Origin: a plasmid
Assembly: GCF_054482525.1 (NCBI RefSeq)
Contig: NZ_JBTHVG010000003.1
Direction: 5' to 3' (one strand)
Length of the DNA stretch: 64,000 bases
The notes under the pieces were generated by a model. It saw nothing but the letters and a program-made list of their open reading frames with translations, made no database searches and was not told the origin of the DNA. The position numbers and the translations under genes were made by a program. Of the stretch, positions 56,401 through 64,000 are shown piece after piece (position 1 is the stretch's first letter; each line of letters starts with the position of its first letter).

Positions 56401-57354
56401 GAACAGGTTCAGGGTGGCGTCATACGAACCAATAGCCTTACCGTACATACCATTTGCTGACGCCATAACATCAGTAAAACTTGCGCCGGTAGGTGCACCA
56501 TTTGCTTCGTCTGGAGTAAGGATGCCGTTTGTCTGTCCTATAAGGGAAATAGTCTGGCGAGCTTCAGCTGTACTGGTAACCTGTTTCACAGTTGACCAGA
56601 CCTCATCACACGTACCAGATTTTGAACCGTTAGCGCCAACAATACTGGCAGAGGCATTCTTCAGTGCGCCTTTCATCGCCTGATTAATCCGGTCCATGCT
56701 ATCTGCCAGATTAGCTGAGAAAATATCGTTAAAAATAGTTTCTTTACCGGCAATATTTGCGCTTGAGTTTTGGGTAGCCTTCAGGCAGTTGTATGCAAGA
56801 GACTGAACGGTAGCACATACGTTCATTGGCCCTAGCCCGCTGGCCGGTTCAGGAAATGCAGAACAGTAGCCCTGGCTATCGCCGCCCCATTGCAAAAACT
56901 TCACGAATCGGATCATCGGACCGAGGGTGATGTCATCGTCCAGAGTTGTTGCAGACAGGTCCACCGGAGAAAGCGGATCAAACGCAGTTTTATAATCCTT
57001 CAGCAAACCCTGGCTTAAGTTAGTGGTGACGGTGGCCATCGCAGCAATAAAAATTGGAATTCCGTCGACGTTTCTGACCTCTCCCGACTTTACAGATTCA
57101 ATAGTTACATCCACTCGAACCATTGCCATCATGAAAAGGATCAACCCCAAAAACCAGGAGAAAAACGGTAATTCATTTTTGGTCGGAGCCTGAAGCCATA
57201 GCCACGTTTTATAGAATAGGCTCACACCTGCTACAACGGCGGCCGTGGTCAGGAACTCTTTTACACCAGTATATTGAGAAAAGATTAGGGCAATACCGGT
57301 AAAAGCCGACCAGACAAAATCAATATCACCCAGGGTATATATGTTGTAATCCAT
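53401..57354 (-). CDS. trhG: conjugative mating-pair stabilisation protein TraG/TrhG
   Basis: 1317-aa ORF; polytopic N-terminal membrane domain and long Ser/Gly/Asn/Gln-rich C-terminal region typical of F-type TraG. Confidence 0.85.
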   Translation of the reverse strand: MDYNIYTLGDIDFVWSAFTGIALIFSQYTGVKEFLTTAAVVAGVSLFYKTWLWLQAPTKNELPFFSWFLGLILFMMAMVRVDVTIESVKSGEVRNVDGIPIFIAAMATVTTNLSQGLLKDYKTAFDPLSPVDLSATTLDDDITLGPMIRFVKFLQWGGDSQGYCSAFPEPASGLGPMNVCATVQSLAYNCLKATQNSSANIAGKETIFNDIFSANLADSMDRINQAMKGALKNASASIVGANGSKSGTCDEVWSTVKQVTSTAEARQTISLIGQTNGILTPDEANGAPTGASFTDVMASANGMYGKAIGSYDATLNLFIMNELRNGASKYKTPLSLASDMQLFEASLKRTNTMASQGQLWLQLSGAAIAFLEMFAYMVAPFALLMLLALGGNGVAAAAKYLQLILFVNMWPLTAVMVNAYVKKVATADLDTWSTLNSQNNAVTWMGLPGLAETYSSYLSVASALYALIPVLTLFLMTQSIHPMMNAVKGVTPDAPVDTGHVTPKVWDGPNSGKSSFGDVTRTALTSTGQGYSDGGAVDSSNFRLGMWNAGSSIANSQGQGSAVTSSVMSAASNSFQAGYSQMSEIGRSGQSSQQFSTNLQTMKQISDKIGASVAEGIATKHGVSASQMASIASNVILNAGLNGGAGTGNGAGLKAAVAGQLSSGASKTNTGSDSLSNDLSKAITNQLSQDSALTDQFSKAASQVSSDQISNTNAFKEASSKMNQATQTMAQNISTSVSTNASSNSGMSLDSKQSINLDRFSDSIRNKNFSDDDVRNFARKNGLDENAFMEKFNSYNDTFKASNQLGSQLQRTDALVAATRDFSEQKIAIDTARGETAESNKQDLRETSSLLKSLVSDFGGNAQQLLPITNQLDRISGEGSGINTITQAQDRTPDSVNTSGVMSASRVGELGGSVDSQAKLGLSSNAQDATQRVPGKSEAGFTPYNLDNAGKGDIQGIHNNNVGRTYSDEERNVLNSLKTNGPVLNNQGVEKVVNSGQDVRNAEGTFNDLEKATGGRVVGDGMDQRATALNSMYQSGQVRGLSNNTDNYFSRVANNPNLSRDDKRAELAQQAVFTYGASTMATGAEREQLKADTQKILNELGNYNVNWSMNDVQSIHSSFNTHNRADGSLESVVRANLGEGGSGGGLVGNRTQTVTDRLVGEKIEANTERGAISGALLGGQQFVSDTLTSVGAKPVNEMLTGAGILQTQTSIANDASNPANMPDSLQGKVLNHMQMSDGVAAVSDRYQSISSDGVSTYANAAQNSERAIRQQLTDDPRFGPQKADEFIQYMKSELSNTNEPYQSRVDKADQWLNENKR

Positions 57355-57362
57355 GTCAGACC

Positions 57363-58841
57363 TCAGTTACGTGTGCCACGAATACTTTCAGTGAAAGCCT
57401 TCCGTTGCAGGCGACGGTTATCCCAGGTTGAAATGACGTCCGAGCTGGTACCGACCTGGCTGTGCGATAGCTCATAGGCGGCTTTAACCTGTTTTGAGAG
57501 ATTGTCTGTTAATCGGTTGAGATCATCCCTTTTACCCGACAGCGACTCACTCGGTATGCTCATGGTTGAAATTTTGGCCTCAACCTGGCGCAACATGTTG
57601 ATTACGAGGCTCGTCGCAGCAATAGTGCTTATGTCCTGAATGTATGCGTACCCTTCCGGTGCTTCGAATGTTTGCAAAGAGTCGATAATGGTCGGGATGC
57701 CGATATAGGAGATAATGCGTAATTCATCATCTGAAACACGAACGTCGTTGATGATTTTTTTCTGTACGTTTAAAAGAAGATCAGAAATGGTATCCTTCAA
57801 TCCCTTAAAACCACCGTCATTAACTTCTGACATGACAAGGCACTGAGCCTTTCGTGGGGATGATGGATCTGGTGCCGGAGAACACTTGAGCATTTTAATT
57901 GATCCGCCAGCTGGTGGCCCCATGATGTAATCCGTGACAGTCATGGTAGACGGGCGGACTTCCATTCCCGCTTTTTCGCCTTTGCTATCCCAGTTGATAA
58001 TGACAGTACCCACGAGAGACATAAGTTGTTCTGCCAATTTATAACCGGATAACTCCGTTACCCCTCCGATGTTCATTGTTCCCTTATCAATATCCATGAA
58101 CGACATATAGAAGAGGTTACCACTGAATTTTTCAGCGAACTCTTCGGGATCCTTTGCTTTAACCTGAGAAGTGACAGCTTCAGGTGACTTTGTCATCGAT
58201 GAGCCAAAATCAGGAATGAGACCATTAATCGATCCCAGAATTGAGGCTGGTCCAGAGCTAACTGAGTTAGCAAACTGGCTTGGCGTACCCACGTTTTCAG
58301 AAAGGAAAGAGTAAGTTGCATTGCATGAATCTTTCGCAAATTTATTTAGCGCTTGCAGTTTGTTTTGGATGTCATTAATCGTTGCAGCACAGTCAGCACA
58401 AATAGCTGAAACAGCAACGTTAAAAGCATAGATAGCCGCACCCTGGGCAATACCACGGGCCACCTGCACAAGCTGGTCCCCGTTGATCATGCTGAAGGAC
58501 CCAAGAAAAACGTCAATACCATTACAACCGACAGAAGCTTTTGGAAACGACATGGAAACAAGGTTGGTATTAACGTTTGTTGTTCGGTAAGACATTGACC
58601 CGCCAACTATGCCTGTACGGGTTGCTGTGGAAAAGGTGGCCGGGCTGGTAGACGTCATCATGCCATTGAAAATGTTACGCATTGCGTTGTCTGCATTTGC
58701 AGTCGGGGCTAAAATTGCAGCACAAACAGAAAGAGACAAAAGTAACTTTTTGAAGTTGAAAACGGCATTACTGCGCATAAGTGCCTCCAAAACTGCCGCC
58801 AGCATTGAGATAATTGACCGGATCGGCCGTAGGCATGTCAT
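57363..58841 (-). CDS. trhH: conjugative pilus assembly protein TraH/TrhH
   Basis: 492-aa ORF, periplasmic with signal peptide; true start probably an internal Met (for example near 58778), since the track ORF overlaps the trhF 3' end. Confidence 0.8.
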   Translation of the reverse strand: MTCLRPIRSIISMLAAVLEALMRSNAVFNFKKLLLSLSVCAAILAPTANADNAMRNIFNGMMTSTSPATFSTATRTGIVGGSMSYRTTNVNTNLVSMSFPKASVGCNGIDVFLGSFSMINGDQLVQVARGIAQGAAIYAFNVAVSAICADCAATINDIQNKLQALNKFAKDSCNATYSFLSENVGTPSQFANSVSSGPASILGSINGLIPDFGSSMTKSPEAVTSQVKAKDPEEFAEKFSGNLFYMSFMDIDKGTMNIGGVTELSGYKLAEQLMSLVGTVIINWDSKGEKAGMEVRPSTMTVTDYIMGPPAGGSIKMLKCSPAPDPSSPRKAQCLVMSEVNDGGFKGLKDTISDLLLNVQKKIINDVRVSDDELRIISYIGIPTIIDSLQTFEAPEGYAYIQDISTIAATSLVINMLRQVEAKISTMSIPSESLSGKRDDLNRLTDNLSKQVKAAYELSHSQVGTSSDVISTWDNRRLQRKAFTESIRGTRN

Positions 58842-59814
58842 AGCCTTCGAGTTTTTGGTCCATTATTTTTTGAAGTAAGAATGGGTCTGATTCCATTTCG
58901 GATTTATTAACGGTAATAACGCCATCATCACCGATGGTATATTGCCTTTTAATATCTAGAGTTGACTGAAACGAAGCGTCATCGATCAGATTCATGCCCT
59001 TCGCGGCAAGTATAATAGTGTTCTTTAATTCATCAGCGGAGATCATGCCTTCACTAATGCGCTGAGCTGATGTCCCATCCTTTGAAACCAGGAAAATTGT
59101 AGGTACCTCTCGAATTTTAAATTGATCAATAATTTGTGCATTGGGGATGTTAAAATCCTGAAAAAGGCCATTATGCAATGGCCTTCCATCCATACTGATT
59201 GGAAGAATATCTACCGAATAATAGTTCTGCATAAATTGAAGTATTTGGCTCTCTTCGTGGCAAAACTGGCAAGTACTCTGGAAAAAGAAAAATAAACCTG
59301 ACTTAGTAAAGATATCTTTCATTACCGTTTGCTGATTTTTTTCAACAACAGTGCGGTGAGCATCCAGTGCCACCTTTTCCACTGGTTGCCTGCGTTTTTC
59401 AGACATCATCGGGTTTTTAAGAAAATAATCTTTTGATTTGTCAGAAAAACGCGTACTGATATCCAGCATTAACCTTTGCGCCGTGTAATAACGTGATAGA
59501 TTTTCTGCGGTAGGGTTATCCATTGCCTGCGTTAACAGTCGAGGCATATTCTCTTTTAGCCATTTTGAATTTAAATCTACCTTTTCCTCTTTTGAAGGCG
59601 AGCTAGCAGCACCGGTTGGTGGCAAAACCTTTTCTTCTTCAGCTTCGCTTTTTTTAGCAGGATCGTCATACCAGAAGAAACCCTTCTTATAAGCCTGGCC
59701 TGATACAAAGGGCGTATCTTTTATTAGGGGTTGCTCAGGGCTGGCGTGGGCACCAGTAATTACCAAAGACATAAGCAAAACCATCTTTGAAGGCGCTAAT
59801 GCAATACGAGTCAT
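58768..59814 (-). CDS. trhF: conjugative pilus assembly protein TraF/TrhF (thioredoxin-like)
   Basis: 348-aa ORF with signal peptide and thioredoxin-like CQFC motif. Confidence 0.8.
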   Translation of the reverse strand: MTRIALAPSKMVLLMSLVITGAHASPEQPLIKDTPFVSGQAYKKGFFWYDDPAKKSEAEEEKVLPPTGAASSPSKEEKVDLNSKWLKENMPRLLTQAMDNPTAENLSRYYTAQRLMLDISTRFSDKSKDYFLKNPMMSEKRRQPVEKVALDAHRTVVEKNQQTVMKDIFTKSGLFFFFQSTCQFCHEESQILQFMQNYYSVDILPISMDGRPLHNGLFQDFNIPNAQIIDQFKIREVPTIFLVSKDGTSAQRISEGMISADELKNTIILAAKGMNLIDDASFQSTLDIKRQYTIGDDGVITVNKSEMESDPFLLQKIMDQKLEGYDMPTADPVNYLNAGGSFGGTYAQ

Positions 59815-60407
59815 AGACCGTTCTCCTTTTCTGATGCGGTTATGATGGCATACAAAAAAAAGGTTAGAGCTCGTATAGCATGGTCGTTTTTATGTTGAAA
59901 AGGACGGAAAAGGAGTGCTGACTAAGAAGATAGTCTCGGTGATGGAAAGATCATCCATCTTGCACATTGTGAAAAATCCGGTGTAACAAAAACATGGTTT
60001 TATCGAATATCTAAAAGCAAATATTGCTTTGAAAACAGGTGTATTAAGAGCTGAAAAAAATCATCACCAGTAACGCTGTTTCTATATTTCAAAGAAGGAA
60101 TAGCTAAGGATCAAAGAAGCGAACTTAGGCAAGAATATAAAATATATTAATTGAAAGCGATTAAGAAGTCGTCATGCATAGAAGGTTTTAGAGAACCTAA
60201 GTAGTTTTACGTTTTCAACAGAAAAAAAGGTGAACATTTTTTGGAACGAAGAAAGACTGTATAAAGAAAAATCAAATTATATCTTTACTTGTCAAGAGTT
60301 AATATTTAAGTTGTAACTAATATTTGATTGTAAAGCAAACAACAGAATTTGACTTAAGTCAATATTTAGATTCAGACAAGGCAAGTTTCGCGATATCTTT
60401 TTTAAAT

Positions 60408-60920
60408 TTAATCTAATTCTTCTTGAGAATACCTCTCTATGGCTGAAGCAGTTGAAGATAATCTGCAACGTGGACAATAAGCATCATTTGTCACTGGCAC
60501 AATGTATGGGCGTTTACATTTTTCGCAGGCACCTAGTTCTTCAATTTCTTTCATAGAAGTAAGGATTTCTATTATTTTATTAACTTCCGGTGCGCATACA
60601 AAGTATCCCAGATTATGAAGGACACTCATTATTCGGTTGAAGTCAATTTGCCGAAAACTCGCTTCCGGATTTATTGGATCAAAACCAAAATAGTTAACTG
60701 CGACATCAATAACAGCAGAAAAAGCTCGGCGGTTATCTGTGCGTTTGCTCCAGCCCCGGATACCTTTTTTGAGTTTTGTTTTTGCACCAGGCTCAAAATC
60801 GATATTTTCAGCAACATGATTACCGTACAAAATTCGTATTGTATTTTTATTTGCCCCAAGCGACATAGTCCTTGCTGCTCGCAATAGAGCATTAGCTTTT
60901 GTTTGATCGACCTTTGCCAT
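60408..60920 (-). CDS. zinc-ribbon protein, candidate transfer activator (TrhY-like by position)
   Basis: 170-aa ORF with C-terminal CEKC...CPRC; placement upstream of trhF-H-G matches my recollection of the IncHI trhR-trhY-trhX-trhF-trhH-trhG operon. Confidence 0.4.
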   Translation of the reverse strand: MAKVDQTKANALLRAARTMSLGANKNTIRILYGNHVAENIDFEPGAKTKLKKGIRGWSKRTDNRRAFSAVIDVAVNYFGFDPINPEASFRQIDFNRIMSVLHNLGYFVCAPEVNKIIEILTSMKEIEELGACEKCKRPYIVPVTNDAYCPRCRLSSTASAIERYSQEELD

Positions 60921-60921
60921 A

Positions 60922-61722
60922 TTAATAATCCTTTAACATAACTTTATTTGTTAAAGTGTTGAACACATCCTGACGGTGACTGGTGAACATAGTGTCATAA
61001 CGTAATAGTTCCATCAAATCATCACTAACTTTTCCTAACCGGATGTCAGCAGACAATTCATAAGCCCAGGCAAAAACTTTCGTTTTAAGTGAAACACTCT
61101 CTTCAATATGCCCTTGTGAGAAAGCAATTGTACGTGGGAAAAGAACGACATCGTTAATTGTTTTTAACGATGAATAACCAATGTCTTTAATAGCATCAGC
61201 TGTAGTTGGTTTTAAACCAAAGAAAACACTTACAAACTCTGGTGCGAGCATTGAGATAAAGAACACCTGCATAAAGTAGTCATTCTGTATATCAACACAT
61301 TTAGAACGCAACTCATGAATCTTCTTGGGATTATAGATATCCACTGTACCATTCAGAAAAGTCACTTTTTCACCGGCATCGTAAATACCATAGTCAATAT
61401 CATTTGTATCATATTCACGAATTACATTGGAATCACCGTCCAAGACCGCAGAAAAAAACCTCTCCCATGTAATTTCCTTTCCGAGTGTACGCGGAACCAA
61501 AAAACTACCTGGACGTGTTTCCACTTCAAAAGCTAAATCAGCGGCTGTACTAAATCCTTTCCCAAATAGGCGACGCTGGAGAAGAGGAGTCCCAGTTTGA
61601 TATGCAGAAGATCCATGCACAGGCAATAACATTAAAAATGCACGGTAACTACGAATAAGCGAAATCTCAGTGCGGAAAAGTTTACCGAGTAAGCTACGAG
61701 TTAAATTATCAGATTCTGACAT
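60922..61722 (-). CDS. candidate transfer activator (TrhR-like by position)
   Basis: 266-aa ORF, first gene of the minus-strand operon, 1 nt before the downstream gene. Confidence 0.4.
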   Translation of the reverse strand: MSESDNLTRSLLGKLFRTEISLIRSYRAFLMLLPVHGSSAYQTGTPLLQRRLFGKGFSTAADLAFEVETRPGSFLVPRTLGKEITWERFFSAVLDGDSNVIREYDTNDIDYGIYDAGEKVTFLNGTVDIYNPKKIHELRSKCVDIQNDYFMQVFFISMLAPEFVSVFFGLKPTTADAIKDIGYSSLKTINDVVLFPRTIAFSQGHIEESVSLKTKVFAWAYELSADIRLGKVSDDLMELLRYDTMFTSHRQDVFNTLTNKVMLKDY

Positions 61723-62071
61723 GTGCTGATTGTCCTTGCGCCATTACAATTGTTCAAATCTTCAACATGGATTTTTTGTTAGGTGTTCGGTAGGGTGAAA
61801 AGTAACTTTTAGTATTTTCTTAAGGCTTGAATAAGCCTTAAATCTATCCCTTCAACCACACCGCTTACTTGTAACACTTTTTAACCAAACTGACCAGAAT
61901 TTTATCAAAATTTCTTCGCATGCTAACGAAATGTGAAGCGATTAAAAAAAAACCTAAATCCAGCCCCTCCCAACGTTGGATTAGAATAACGACGTCTTTC
62001 ACTGACCGTCATAAACTGACATTTTTACTTTTCATCAACCTCATGCTTACATAGGATCACTAAACAAAGAA

Positions 62072-62191
62072 AAGTGACCCTATGAATACCTCACATAGGG
62101 TCACTTATGTTTGAAAAGTGACCCTATGTAATGTCGTCATAGGGTCACTTTTTATAAAAGTGTCACTATGGACAAAGTTCCATAGGGTCAT
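62072..62191. promoter_or_regulatory. array of three palindromic operator-like sites
   Basis: AGTGACCCTATG-N9-CATAGGGTCACT at 62072-62105 and 62117-62150, plus a degenerate third copy at 62159-62191, in the divergent intergenic region. Confidence 0.55.
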
Positions 62192-62480
62192 TTTTTTTGG
62201 AAAAGTGGCACTAGATATATGTATAACTTTAATAGAGCAATGCACATTATCAAAAGCAATAATCCACAATGGTCATTCCCTCAAAAGTAACTTTAGAGGG
62301 TAGCGATGGAAGTGAGGCTAAACTCGCTGTTACTGTTTCTGAAGGCCCCTCCCGAATGGGGGAAACAGCGAGTGCATTACATCTGTTCAATTCCCTCATC
62401 AAAGAGCATTCAAAAATCTTCTGTTCGTGAAAAAAAACGGAAATTTCCTCCGGTATAGTAATTTCACATCAGGAGGCGTC

Positions 62481-62966
62481 ATGAGTAATTCGAATCTTAT
62501 AAGTTCTATAGAGCTAACACGTAAAAATTTACGTGCTCAGATTGAAGGTTTGCGTGTTGAGGCTGAAGATCTCATTACAAAATACTGGATCAAGTGGAAG
62601 GAACGAAACCACCAAGAGATTAACCTTACCCGACATAGCAAAGTTCCAAAGAGGGAGTATCTGGGTTCTTACGCACCAAAAGTTGAGCTAATTGGTAATG
62701 CCAGAAAAGTAACGATCACTTGGCATCAGTTCAGCCCTTATAAAACAAGAGCGCCTAGTCACATGTCAAAACGGGTGCAACCAATGAAAAGTGGAAAATA
62801 TTCTAAGAACTGTTTTGTAAACCATGCCAGCTGGGAATACGAAATGATTTCTGAAACGGAAGCATTGCTGGAGCCTTACAGAGAAATGCTTGAGCTCTAT
62901 CATTCAGCATATATCGAACTTGGACGAAAAATCCGTCAATACTCAAAAACTAAGGTGGCACAATGA
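62481..62966 (+). CDS. hypothetical protein, first gene of the divergent plus-strand operon
   Basis: Start taken at internal Met (MSNSNLISS); by position this could be an HtdA-like regulator, but that is a guess. Confidence 0.35.
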   Translation: MSNSNLISSIELTRKNLRAQIEGLRVEAEDLITKYWIKWKERNHQEINLTRHSKVPKREYLGSYAPKVELIGNARKVTITWHQFSPYKTRAPSHMSKRVQPMKSGKYSKNCFVNHASWEYEMISETEALLEPYREMLELYHSAYIELGRKIRQYSKTKVAQ

Positions 62967-63700
62967 CCGACGCAATTATCACGGACAATGAGCGTATTAA
63001 CATTGAACCAAAAGATGTAATGGTAAAAGGTTCAAATAAAAAGCAAGGCGTAAACGCTCAAACTTCTACTCAACGTAGACCAGAGCACCAGGGTATGGCC
63101 AAAGTTATTATTAACCCCGGCACCCCAGATTTTAACCGGTTTTTAACTGCCAGAAATGGAGCAGTCATCAGAGGTTTTGATGATGTGAGTATCGCTATTT
63201 CCTCTCTCTTTAAAACGGTTGATGCAGTTAAACATCCTGACCTTGTTCAGGCTATTCAGGATTGGTTCAACGAGCTGCATGAAGAAAACAATAAGATGAA
63301 AGAAAATCTTGTTGCTTATATTAAGTCAATTGAGTTCGACAAGAATGACTCATTCATGTCATCAACTCAGTTTGTACCTTTCAGTTTTGAACCAGTACAA
63401 CTCAACTTCAATAACCACAACACCATGAGGTTTTACAAGTACATCTTCGAGATGAACCAGCTCATGAACACAATGTATGAGTACAACTCATTGGGTTTAC
63501 TGGCTGTAAGCGACTATCCGGTTATGTCTCACAACATTATAAAGAGTATTAATTTATATGTTGAGAATGTGAAAAAGACTCTGAATGTTTCTCGCCGTAA
63601 GGATGGGCCATACAGTCCAGCAGAGTTCATCACCAAAGTAATGCAATATAAAAGTGTGCAGGCATACATTGCAGCCGAACTGTCAGGCAAACGTCGATAA
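62963..63700 (+). CDS. hypothetical protein
   Basis: 245-aa ORF overlapping the upstream stop by 4 nt. Confidence 0.4.
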   Translation: MTDAIITDNERINIEPKDVMVKGSNKKQGVNAQTSTQRRPEHQGMAKVIINPGTPDFNRFLTARNGAVIRGFDDVSIAISSLFKTVDAVKHPDLVQAIQDWFNELHEENNKMKENLVAYIKSIEFDKNDSFMSSTQFVPFSFEPVQLNFNNHNTMRFYKYIFEMNQLMNTMYEYNSLGLLAVSDYPVMSHNIIKSINLYVENVKKTLNVSRRKDGPYSPAEFITKVMQYKSVQAYIAAELSGKRR

Positions 63701-63703
63701 GGT

Positions 63704-64000
63704 ATGATGATGAATTTCAGGGCGCTGTATTTATGTATTAAACGGATTTTGGGGATATTCTCATCTCAGGAGAATGATGCAACCTCTGTAATGATTGAGG
63801 ATATATCAAGCCTCTCTCCTTTTGCGCAGATTCTAGGAGATCAGAAGTACACTGTTCCTGATCATCCAAATCCAGAAGTCCTGAAATTCATCGAGTATCC
63901 AACTCGTCCGACGGGCATACAGACATTTAATGAACAGTCAATCCTGTCTCTGTATCGGGAAAAGCTGCACTCAATTTCAATGATGTTAGCTATCAGCGAT
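63704..64000 (+). CDS. hypothetical protein, 3'-incomplete at window edge
   Basis: Open frame from ATG at 63704 to the end of the window. Confidence 0.35.
   Translation, partial: MMMNFRALYLCIKRILGIFSSQENDATSVMIEDISSLSPFAQILGDQKYTVPDHPNPEVLKFIEYPTRPTGIQTFNEQSILSLYREKLHSISMMLAISD

Noticed and set aside
53542-56683. Small plus-strand ORFs inside trhG
   Set aside because: Embedded antisense frames within a 1317-aa gene.
62059-62200. Possible CRISPR array
   Set aside because: Only three repeat units, each itself a palindrome with a short internal spacer, and no cas genes; fits operator sites better.

Overview
This window reads as a segment of a low-GC, IncHI-type conjugative multidrug-resistance plasmid from Enterobacteriaceae; all identifications are from reading the sequence and recalled protein families, with no database search run. 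Layout: (1) 1-20570, backbone carrying an intact 6.9-kb Tn3-family transposon with a formaldehyde-detoxification operon (frmR-frmA-VOC-frmB), then accessory genes (KfrA-like protein, Dcm-family cytosine methyltransferase with unknown partners, secreted thermonuclease operon, small membrane proteins). (2) 20571-43843, a ~23-kb resistance mosaic built around seven IS26 copies: Tn1721-like end, dfrA12-gcuF-aadA2 cassettes, Tn4352-like aph(3')-Ia unit, ISEcp1-blaCTX-M(group 9, probably -14)-IS903 fragment-fosA3, the class 1 integron 3' segment (qacEdelta1-sul1-orf5 fragment), a Tn2/Tn3 tnpA fragment, a low-GC bleO module, and oqxAB-oqxR. (3) 43844-64000, backbone with LexA-box-controlled umuDC-like genes, DsbA/DsbC-like proteins, a lytic transglycosylase, an HNH nuclease, and the transfer genes trhF-trhH-trhG with upstream regulators and a triple palindromic operator array. 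No rRNA, tRNA or CRISPR array was seen. I could not pin down one single novel system; the strongest candidates are the methyltransferase-linked operon (11975-15230), the nuclease-partner-membrane cluster (15400-18164), the stand-alone HNH protein, the divergent ISEcp1-like capture of the bleO module, and the palindromic operator array at 62072-62191.
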